From a virus (lineage: Duplodnaviria; Caudoviricetes): DNA of 28,172 nt. Made by a program: the position numbers and the translations under genes. Numbering within the stretch: position 1 is the stretch's first letter; the number at the start of each line of letters is the position of its first letter. Positions 8,218-15,215 of this stretch are shown piece after piece. Location: positions 1-28,172 of IMG/VR virus record IMGVR_UViG_3300044624_001154, one strand, 5' to 3'. The notes beneath the pieces were generated by a model that saw nothing but the letters and a program-made list of their open reading frames with translations, did no database searches and was not told the DNA's origin.

Positions 8218-8419
8218 GATGTGTCCTCGTTGGAACGTGCATAGCGCACGGCGCTGCACCCTGGGTGGAGTACCTATTGCCGGGGCCTCCACGGGCCACG
8301 ATAGTCGGTCCAAGATGCAGCGCCGTGCGGCCTAGTTAGGCGCAACTAGGCGGCGGCCCACCTATGTATTCAGTGGGTTAACGGCAGCAAGCTATGTGGG
8401 GCCGCTTGCTATGGCCTGC

Positions 8420-9064
8420 TTACGCCCAAGGATCAGTGATTACCCACTGACCGTCAGAGCGCAGCATGATGTTGTTGCGGTGCAAATCTGCACCGGCGCC
8501 AGGTGGAGCAAAACCACGAAGGGCTTTACCTATGGTGTATTCTTTGCGGTATTCTTCGTGTTTGCACATAGCCCCAGACAAGCCGAAGCTCAAACTCCAA
8601 TACCGACGGTCGAGGTCTAATCTTTCCTGCTCATTAAGTGTAACTTCCGCCCGGCACTCATCCAGCGTTGAGCCTAGCCGCTCTATCAGGCTGATGGTGC
8701 AGCCTGAAAACGACTCCAAGTACCCGACGTTTAGTAGGTAAGCGCTAATACCTGGGCAGTTGCGCTCAAGTTCTGCCTTGTGGATAAAGCAGATGTGGGC
8801 ATAGTGTGCCCAGAGATCTTCGCCCGGAACGATCTTGACGACCTTACCTTCAAGGCACGGGCTGCTCACGGCGATGCCAAAACAGCCAGTTCCAAGGACC
8901 TTAAATCCTGCCAAGCTCAGTTGCTTTTTCCACAAGTTGCGGTAACTGCCCGCAGAAGGTTGGTCGGGTACACTACAGCCTAGCATGGCGTACATCTTGT
9001 ACGTCGGCATTTTGAGCGCAATAGATTGCAGCAGGCCGATAACGGCACGCTCACTTTTATTCAT
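8420..9064 (-). CDS. Ser/Thr protein kinase, T7 gp0.7-like kinase domain
   Basis: Gly-rich loop LGTGCFG, VVKI, catalytic loop DLHRNNIM and ITDP. Start reassigned to ATG 9064 with GGAG RBS. Confidence 0.88.
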   Translation of the reverse strand: MNKSERAVIGLLQSIALKMPTYKMYAMLGCSVPDQPSAGSYRNLWKKQLSLAGFKVLGTGCFGIAVSSPCLEGKVVKIVPGEDLWAHYAHICFIHKAELERNCPGISAYLLNVGYLESFSGCTISLIERLGSTLDECRAEVTLNEQERLDLDRRYWSLSFGLSGAMCKHEEYRKEYTIGKALRGFAPPGAGADLHRNNIMLRSDGQWVITDPWA

Positions 9065-9069
9065 ACGAA

Positions 9070-9960
9070 CTCCACTTCGTAGGTTAAAGATGGTGTGCTG
9101 GATTATGCCCAACGCTTTCGGCGCCCACCCGCTCGGCACTGCTGTCGCAGCCGCTAGCAAAGGCACGGATTACGCTGGATCGTGTAGCAGTTAAGGGCTA
9201 TTGCCCAGCACACAAGCAAACACCTAGGCTAGGGGCTTGCTTGTGGGTAGGGTGTGCGGCATGGCCAGCGCGGTGACTAGCCCAAAGTTTCCGTAGTCAG
9301 CGGCGAGCGTCTGCCACACGTTGGCAGCCTCGACCATACCGCACTGTTAGTCACCCAACGTCCCGCCATCATAAGTTGGGCACGATTTTCCGGATTGGAT
9401 GACTAACAGTACGTCCGCTTGTTAGCAGATTTCCTGTCGTTGCGTTGGCACGTTAACGTCTAACCCAAGCATTGCGCAAATAGACGGCCTGCATAACAGG
9501 CTTGTGTGGCTAAGGAGTCTAGAACAAAGCCACAGGATAACGCTGTCGCTATCCTGTAGCCCCGCACTGCCGGCCGGACAGTGAAGAGTCTACACCGGCG
9601 TTAACGAGGCACGGACACGGGCAGGCCAACTGCCAGGGCTTTCACACAGTTTCCGGGGCATTAGTCCGGCGAAGCAACACACAGTCGCTTAAATGCTCTC
9701 CCATGATGCAACAAGTGTGCGGGAGGTCAGGGCTAGTCTGGTTACACCCGACATTCAGGTGCCCTACGCCTGTCAGCAGTAGGGATAGCGGCCACAGTCA
9801 CGGCCGCACGACTTATCGCCAAGTCATACTTAACATTGACTCATTATGGTTCAGGAGCTAGGGCGAGAAAACCCGCTAGGCGTGTGGCGTAAGTTACGGC
9901 ACACAGGTAAGCGCTCACAACAAGCGCTTAACCGTGTGGCCTAGCCTTGCGGCTAGGCTC
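9070..9960 (-). ncRNA. Candidate large structured non-coding RNA of unknown family
   Basis: About 890 nt with no credible ORF, tiled by helices of up to 14-18 bp that pair fully only through G-U pairs on the minus strand. Confidence 0.6.
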
Positions 9961-9964
9961 TTGG

Positions 9965-10492
9965 TCACATCGGGGCGGAACCGACACCGGCCAGGGCATC
10001 GCCGAAGCCGGCGGCATCGTCCACACCGGCCAGGGCTTCCACCTGGGCCATGAGGTCAACGTTCACGACCTGCTTGGCCTTGCTCTGCTTGCCCTTGGCC
10101 GACTTCAGGAACGCCAGCAGCGCCTTCTGGAAGTCGTAGACTTCCTCGACGGCGGGTTCCGGGGCGTACTCGTACCAGGGCTTCTTGGCCGCGGTTTCGA
10201 GGTTGTTCTTCTTCTCGGCGTCCTTGACGAAAGGCCGGGTCTTCTTGGTGCCTTCGTCGTCGTTGGCACGCAGGTGGCTGTTGCCCAGAATCCACTGGGC
10301 CATCGCGCTGGTCTTGGTGCCCTTGGGCATGGCCAGGAACAGGCGATTCATGAAGCCATCGTCGCCGCTGTCCACGATGTGTTGCAGCGCGGCCATCGCC
10401 AGCTTCTGGCCCTGGATCAGCCACTGCTTGCCGTCATGGCCCCACTTGTCAATGGCGGCATTGAGGGCAGAGGCACTCATTTTCTCATTCAT
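9965..10492 (-). CDS. Early hypothetical protein, probably highly expressed
   Basis: ATG 10492 with GGAG RBS; strongly GC-biased third codon positions. Confidence 0.85.
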   Translation of the reverse strand: MNEKMSASALNAAIDKWGHDGKQWLIQGQKLAMAALQHIVDSGDDGFMNRLFLAMPKGTKTSAMAQWILGNSHLRANDDEGTKKTRPFVKDAEKKNNLETAAKKPWYEYAPEPAVEEVYDFQKALLAFLKSAKGKQSKAKQVVNVDLMAQVEALAGVDDAAGFGDALAGVGSAPM

Positions 10493-10499
10493 GTTACAC

Positions 10500-10806
10500 A
10501 CTCCACAGAGTAACCTGCAAGGCGCAGGCCAAGGCCCACAGGGTGGGCTATGGTCTGAGTCTTACCTCAGTGCATGCGCCGCAGTGTCGGCGACACTTGG
10601 CGGCCCAGGCTGCTAATGTTGTCGGAATAGTCGATAACGGCATGAGGCACGCCGTCTGCCTGCTGGGCACGCTCGGCCAGGGATTGTGCCAGCTCCTTGT
10701 TAACGTTCAGGATGCAAGCCCCATCCCGGTACGTAAGAATGCAGCGGGTTTCAAGATTGGCAACAACGTACATTACAACTCCAGAGAGTAACCTGCAAGG
10801 CGCAGG
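10500..10806 (-). repeat. Two copies (10500-10528 and 10778-10806) of a 29 bp leader: hairpin plus RBS
   Basis: Minus strand CCTGCGCCTTGCAGGTTACTCT[G/C]TGGAGT, with one mismatch; each copy directly precedes an ATG. Confidence 0.85.
10567..10773 (-). CDS. First early gene, hypothetical protein
   Basis: Start reassigned to ATG 10773 after the repeated leader: MYVVANLETRC... Confidence 0.7.
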   Translation of the reverse strand: MYVVANLETRCILTYRDGACILNVNKELAQSLAERAQQADGVPHAVIDYSDNISSLGRQVSPTLRRMH

Positions 10807-11368
10807 GTTATAGATGCCACGTATAACGTACAGGGCATGATGGTTGATCCTGCTTTGCGCAGCAGCATCTATAACCCTACACCCAACAATGTTGGGGTAG
10901 TTCACTAACTAGCCGTCGTCCACAAGATAGCCGCCAACGACCAGCCACACTCGGCTAGATCGCAGCATCTAGGTGCTGCCACAAGGTTGGGTTCTCAGGG
11001 GATGGAGGGATAGTCGCAACGCTGCTTTCGGCGTCACTTCAGGGTCTTAGCCTGCCGCCTACACCTGCTCCGCTTTGGTTCAGTGGGTTACTAGCCCACC
11101 TACCGCACGTCTGCACCGTAGGGCTTGCCGTTTAGTCGCATGGTGGGTACTCACCATTGGTCTAGGCTGCATCCTGGGTGCTTCATACGGCCGCCCACCG
11201 TCAAGCCCTATCCGGGCCTATAACGGCATCCTGCCAATCCACACACCTATCCACAAACCGCGGGGTTGTTTGCCGCCCAGACAGGCTTGCGCCCATCCTG
11301 CTTCCCCTGTCACCAGACAGCCACTCTCGCCGCTGTCACGTAGGGCTTGCACCCTGCTGTCCTACTGA
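10800..11368 (-). ncRNA. Structured early 5' leader or candidate sRNA with multiple GGA motifs
   Basis: No credible minus-strand ORF; GNRA-capped hairpins; CAGGATG three times; a 21 bp helix at its 3' end. Confidence 0.45.
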
Positions 11369-11374
11369 GCCTGA

Positions 11375-11403
11375 ACTTTAGCACAGTCTCAGAACCTTGT
11401 CAA
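11375..11403 (-). promoter_or_regulatory. Host sigma70 early promoter
   Basis: TTGACA-17 nt-TAAAGT with an extended -10 TG. Confidence 0.88.
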
Positions 11404-11442
11404 CCCCCGGTCACTCGGTTGTTGTCTCAGTCCGTTGTCTGC

Positions 11443-11471
11443 ACTGTAGCACAGTCCCACCGGCTTGTCAA
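11443..11471 (-). promoter_or_regulatory. Host sigma70 early promoter
   Basis: TTGACA-17 nt-TACAGT with an extended -10 TG. Confidence 0.85.
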
Positions 11472-11515
11472 CCCCTAGCGGCTTGCGCTGCTCGGAGCCT
11501 GTCAACCTAGCCGAT

Positions 11516-11544
11516 ACTCTAGCACAGTCTTCGCTGTCTGTCAA
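11516..11544 (-). promoter_or_regulatory. Host sigma70 early promoter
   Basis: TTGACA-17 nt-TAGAGT with an extended -10 TG. Confidence 0.85.
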
Positions 11545-11641
11545 CCCCGCACCCGGAGGATGCAAGCGCTGGCAGCATGGATAGATACGGCAGGGTAGCC
11601 CAAATATAGCGGGCATAGCTGCGCCTATCCTCAGCTGGTGT

Positions 11642-11658
11642 GCTGTTATACCGGTACT
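11642..11658 (-). promoter_or_regulatory. Putative phage RNA polymerase promoter
   Basis: AGTACCGGTATAACAGC, identical to the intergenic copy at 19668-19684. Confidence 0.7.
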
Positions 11659-11686
11659 AGATCAATCGACCTAGCCGATGGCCTGA

Positions 11687-11715
11687 ACTATGGCACAGAC
11701 TGCGCCGCTTGTCAA
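11687..11715 (-). promoter_or_regulatory. Host sigma70 early promoter
   Basis: TTGACA-17 nt-CATAGT with an extended -10 TG. Confidence 0.75.
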
Positions 11716-11785
11716 GCCCTGTTAGCCGCTCCACCAGGGAGCGCCTACCGTAGCCGTAGCACCGAAGCGCTGTGGCATGGAACGA

Positions 11786-11814
11786 ACTGTGAGGCATGCC
11801 GGGCCCGCCGTCAA
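11786..11814 (-). promoter_or_regulatory. Weaker sigma70-like promoter
   Basis: TTGACG-17 nt-CACAGT. Confidence 0.5.
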
Positions 11815-11854
11815 TAGGGAAAACCCTTGTGGCGAAAAAGAGACAGATGCCGCC

Positions 11855-12150
11855 ACTGCACACGGCACCCGCCCGCCCACGCACCGCCGCCCCTGCGCCC
11901 CACGCACACACGCCCATGCAGGCCCCTGCGCGCCCGCTCCCGCGCCTTTCGCACGTGCCCGCACCTACGCCCCACCCACGCACGCACGGCCCGCCAGCGC
12001 CCGCCCAGGCACCCGCACGGGCCCGCGCCCACGGGCAGGCACGCACGCCTGCGCCCCTGCGTGCAAGCGCGTGCCTGCGCGCCCATGCGCCTACGCACGC
12101 CCCCGCGTTAGGCGCGCACGCATGGGCCCACGGGGGTATACGCGCGCGCT
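11855..12150. repeat. GC-rich low-complexity tract in the probable terminal repeat region
   Basis: Degenerate CACGC, CGCCC and CCTGCG units, very few T on the plus strand; lies at the late/early junction. Confidence 0.7.
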
Positions 12151-12216
12151 CAAGTCGGAGTTGCTCCCTCGCAATAGCGAATCAAATTTGACTCGTAACA
12201 CGTAGGGAGCTTACTC

Positions 12217-12450
12217 TCACGCTGACGCAGTAGGAAACGTAGCCCGCCGTGCGGGTGTCAAGATGCCTTTGCTGACCAGATAGTCCAAACCAGCAGCCAC
12301 GCTGGGGTTATCCCAGAGGAAGCCGGGAGTGGTTTGCACCTTCAGCACCAGCAGCTTAACACCGGGGTCGGTGCTTGTGACCATTGCGGTCAACTCTGCG
12401 TCGGTGAACATGCTACGGTACGCCTCCGAGGAAACGTAAAATGCGCTCAT
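12217..12450 (-). CDS. Hypothetical protein, last late gene
   Basis: 77 aa ORF with GGAGG RBS and TAATG coupling. Confidence 0.75.
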   Translation of the reverse strand: MSAFYVSSEAYRSMFTDAELTAMVTSTDPGVKLLVLKVQTTPGFLWDNPSVAAGLDYLVSKGILTPARRATFPTASA

Positions 12451-13151
12451 TAGTAAGCCTCCAAGGAGAACGTAAGCATAGAAACAACGTCAGCGCCAGT
12501 GTTGACGCTAGCATTGGGGCAGAAGTACAGGCCCGTGCTGGGCTGGATAGTCGTTTCCGGCATGGCCGAAGACGAGGTGCTAGCGGTGTCGCCAAACCAC
12601 GACAGGTGCAGTAGTGCGCGGTCGTTGTTAGTTACGATGATGTAGCCGTTGTTAGCCAGCCCGATTTGCGCAGCGGTCAACGTCCCGCCACTCATACCGA
12701 AAGATCCACCAGTGTCAGTCGGGGATGTGAACTGAGTGGAGCGAATGGTAACGCTTGCGCTGGCCGTGTTAGCCACGCCGGTCTTACGCCAGCGGCTGCG
12801 CACCTGCAACTGTGTGCGCGGAGCAAGCAACAGCCCGCGGATAAACCACTGCTGAGCGCTGAACAAGCGGTTGACGTTACCGGTATCGGTGAAAGTGACG
12901 GCAGTACCCAGGTGATCCACCCAAGACACCAGCGTTTGCCGACCAACCGGGCGCCAGTTGGTGCCGTCGGTGTACCACTCGGAGAGGTTAAGGTCAGTCA
13001 ACTGCGCCCGCGAATACTGCGGAACAGAGTTAGCGGCAGGCAAGCTAGCGCTAGTACCCTGGTACACAAAGCCGCCCGTGGTAAGCAGCCTGCCCACAGA
13101 GTCTACACGAAGCGAGGCCAGTTTGTTGTCGGGGTCTAGAACAGAAGTCAT
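12450..13151 (-). CDS. Putative beta-rich virion accessory or fibre protein
   Basis: 233 aa, rich in Thr, Ser and Gly; contains a fibre-like WYTDGTNWR motif. Confidence 0.65.
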   Translation of the reverse strand: MTSVLDPDNKLASLRVDSVGRLLTTGGFVYQGTSASLPAANSVPQYSRAQLTDLNLSEWYTDGTNWRPVGRQTLVSWVDHLGTAVTFTDTGNVNRLFSAQQWFIRGLLLAPRTQLQVRSRWRKTGVANTASASVTIRSTQFTSPTDTGGSFGMSGGTLTAAQIGLANNGYIIVTNNDRALLHLSWFGDTASTSSSAMPETTIQPSTGLYFCPNASVNTGADVVSMLTFSLEAY

Positions 13152-13303
13152 GGTGCGACAATGAGTTGGCCTTGCGCGTTGACCCGCAGCGAGGCTTGTT
13201 GAGGAACGGCGGGGACAGGCGTAGTCGAGCCAGTGGTCACCACACCTGCATTAGTCACTGGCACGGACACCAGTTTGTTGTCGGGGTTGAGTGCAAGCAG
13301 CAC
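13148..13303 (-). CDS. Small protein (51 aa) paralogous to the N-terminus of the downstream gene
   Basis: Hand translation MLLALNPDNKLVSVPVTNAGVVTTGSTTPVPAVPQQASLRVNAQGQLIVAP; GGAG RBS and ATGA overlap. Confidence 0.75.
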   Translation of the reverse strand: MLLALNPDNKLVSVPVTNAGVVTTGSTTPVPAVPQQASLRVNAQGQLIVAP

Positions 13304-13305
13304 GA

Positions 13306-13545
13306 TTACTTCTCCATCCACTCACGAAGAGCGGCTTTGTCGTTGTTGCATAGGGCCAGAGCGTGCTTGTAAGCAAGCAGCGTCTCCGCCATCTGACCGT
13401 TGGTAGCTACCCGCGTCACCGGAGCGTCGCAGTTAGCCGCTAGCCCGGAGGGAGGTAGCTCCCGTATGGTCTTGAGAGGGGCCTGGGCACAGGCTGCGAG
13501 TAGCAGAACCATGCCCAAGGTGATGTAGTTACGGAGCCAGGTCAC
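13306..13545 (-). CDS. Rz1: o-spanin (Rz1-like lipoprotein)
   Basis: Lipobox LLLAAC, Pro- and Cys-containing body, C-terminal ALALCNNDKAALREW; overlaps the end of Rz. Start codon uncertain. Confidence 0.8.
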   Translation of the reverse strand: MTWLRNYITLGMVLLLAACAQAPLKTIRELPPSGLAANCDAPVTRVATNGQMAETLLAYKHALALCNNDKAALREWMEK

Positions 13546-13840
13546 GCTGCACGCTCTCTGGCACAGGGGAATCGGCCCAGGACTGCGCCGCCGCCAGATT
13601 CTTGGCCAGGGAAGCACCCGCCGAGGCCGTTTTCCGGGCCGTGGCTGCGTTTCTTTGGGCCAGGGATACCAATGCAGCCTCCCGGCGTGCGTGGGCCAGG
13701 GTGGCCGCCCGCAGGCTCTCCGCGAGGGTGTCGTTTTTCTGCGACAACTCCGCGTTCTTTTGCATTTCCTGGCGCAAAAGGTAAGACCCGACCGCAATCA
13801 GCAGTACGCCGATGACGCACAGGCCGTAGATCATCTTCAT
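13529..13840 (-). CDS. Rz: i-spanin (Rz-like)
   Basis: N-terminal TM segment, coiled coil, C-terminal WADSPVP; ATG 13840 overlaps the upstream stop. Confidence 0.85.
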   Translation of the reverse strand: MKMIYGLCVIGVLLIAVGSYLLRQEMQKNAELSQKNDTLAESLRAATLAHARREAALVSLAQRNAATARKTASAGASLAKNLAAAQSWADSPVPESVQRDLAP

Positions 13841-14181
13841 ATCGTGAGTCCTGTCTCTACTTCGATAGGCGCACGCCACGCCGAGAAGGTCGGCCCGTGG
13901 TTTAGCGGCTGTCGGTGTTCGTGTTGGTACTGATGCACCATTTCGTGCAGCAGTGTGGCAAGAATCTCGCCCTTAGCCCTAGTCGCAGGGCTAATGTCTA
14001 TGCGTGTACGTCGTTGCGGTAGCGGCCACATCAGGCCCACTGCATTGTACGCAGCGCAGGACTGCACACGCAATTCGCAAGAAAGAAGGACACCGCCGAA
14101 AATCTCCCGGTTAAACCGGTGCCACCAGTACCGCAAAAGCGGGACGGTTGGCGTAATCGTGGTGCCCCCGTGTTGTCTCAT
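13837..14181 (-). CDS. SprT-like zinc metalloprotease domain protein
   Basis: Motifs FNREIFGG, TLLHEMVHQYQ and HGPTF; start at ATG 14181 coupled to the endolysin stop. Confidence 0.8.
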   Translation of the reverse strand: MRQHGGTTITPTVPLLRYWWHRFNREIFGGVLLSCELRVQSCAAYNAVGLMWPLPQRRTRIDISPATRAKGEILATLLHEMVHQYQHEHRQPLNHGPTFSAWRAPIEVETGLTI

Positions 14182-14690
14182 GTGGTCGGCTGACAGCCGC
14201 TTAGCCATAGGTTGCTCTCCCATTGGCGGCGAATCGTCAAGCCCGGAAGCACTACGCCCTTGGCCCGGTTCCACCGCAGGAACTCCCTACCAGCGCCGTA
14301 GCAATCGCGGGCATTGGCCTTGCGCAGAAGCGTACTTCCGGCAAGGTTGCCTGATCCTACGTTGAACGTGAAGGAAACGAGGGCATCGTACTGCGCTTGT
14401 GTTACCGGTACTGTAACGTACCTCTGGACTGCCCGTTCGGCAGCCTTAGTGTCAGAACGGAGTAGCTCCTGACACTGCTTGTCTGTGAAGTGCTTGCCAA
14501 CGTCGGCAAGACTAACGGTACCCGTGTGCCCAACGCAGACGGTAGGAATCTTTACCGGGTCCAGGTAGACGCGGTGGACAGTGCCTTCGTGTTCCTTTAT
14601 GCCTGTCAGCCCCGCTGCGCTAACTGTCAATGTGGCAGCAGCGTAGCGGAGCGCGGGCGAACGGGCCACCGCGAGGTGGGCCTTAACCAT
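14178..14690 (-). CDS. Endolysin (GH24 muramidase), possibly SAR-type
   Basis: Catalytic triad E-x8-D-x5-T (EGTVHRVYLDPVKIPT), motifs DALVSFTFNVG and LPGLTIRR; Ala-rich N-terminus. Confidence 0.93.
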   Translation of the reverse strand: MVKAHLAVARSPALRYAAATLTVSAAGLTGIKEHEGTVHRVYLDPVKIPTVCVGHTGTVSLADVGKHFTDKQCQELLRSDTKAAERAVQRYVTVPVTQAQYDALVSFTFNVGSGNLAGSTLLRKANARDCYGAGREFLRWNRAKGVVLPGLTIRRQWESNLWLSGCQPTT

Positions 14691-15175
14691 TACGCGACGA
14701 CGATGGCCTGGGCGGCGAACGTGGCCAGCAGGTTGCCGGCAGGGTCGCGCAGGGCGTTGGTACCAGGGGCGGTGTAGGCAATCGTGTTGCCGCTGGCCAG
14801 GGAGGCACCGGAGTAAGTAACCAGCAACTGGTTACCCTGCACTTCGATAGCCGTGATGGTACGCGCCGGGGCGGTCACAAACGAGGTCAGAGCCGGGATC
14901 ACCGTAGGGTCCAGGCCCTCGCTGGTGGTCAGGCGCACGACGTTGGCACCGGTGGTCTGGTTACGCGCAGTGACGGTAGGCACCACCAGATCGCGCATGG
15001 AGGCGACGGCAGCAGCGCAAGCGGTGAAGAAGCTGTGCAGCGAGTTGGCACCGCTAGTCACGCCACCGGAACGGCCAGCCGTGGTTTCGATGTTGCTGAT
15101 AGCGCGGGCAGCAGCCGCGCGCAGTTCGATGGAGTTGCTCAGCAGACCAGGAGAAGGGAGGGTTTCGATACGCAT
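14690..15175 (-). CDS. Putative virion decoration protein with an Ig-like/SwmB-repeat-like C-terminal domain
   Basis: Ala- and Thr-rich beta sequence ending in YTAPGTNALRDPAGN. Confidence 0.6.
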   Translation of the reverse strand: MRIETLPSPGLLSNSIELRAAAARAISNIETTAGRSGGVTSGANSLHSFFTACAAAVASMRDLVVPTVTARNQTTGANVVRLTTSEGLDPTVIPALTSFVTAPARTITAIEVQGNQLLVTYSGASLASGNTIAYTAPGTNALRDPAGNLLATFAAQAIVVA

Positions 15176-15215
15176 GGTTTAATCCTTGTGCGAGAGGCCA
15201 TAAGGCATGGCGAGG

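Noticed and set aside
9065-9166. Upstream extensions given by the ORF track for the kinase, and likewise for the helicase, terS, Rz, Rz1 and SprT
   Set aside because: Downstream starts have a better RBS or start/stop coupling, and the extensions overlap other genes or structured RNA.
9270-9300. GACTA/TAGTC pair resembling group I intron P7
   Set aside because: It forms only a short local hairpin, no other core elements were found, and no gene is interrupted.
9939-9958. Perfect hairpin GCCTAGCC-GCAA-GGCTAGGC as an intrinsic terminator
   Set aside because: There is no U-tract on either side; treated as part of the structured region.
11375-11544. Repeats spaced about 70 bp apart, resembling a CRISPR mini-array
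   Set aside because: The conserved parts are the -35 and extended -10 promoter elements with variable interiors; there is no constant repeat and no cas gene.
1-12200. No RNA polymerase gene in the early region
   Set aside because: Normal for the phiKMV-like layout, where RNAP follows the replication genes and would lie beyond the left edge of the window.
11657-12205. Several ORFs rich in Ala, Arg, Pro and Gly on both strands
   Set aside because: Artefacts of the stop-poor GC-rich tract.
14398-14413. Partial match to the phage promoter (CAGTACCGGTAAC)
   Set aside because: It lies inside the endolysin gene and diverges in the TATAACAGC half.
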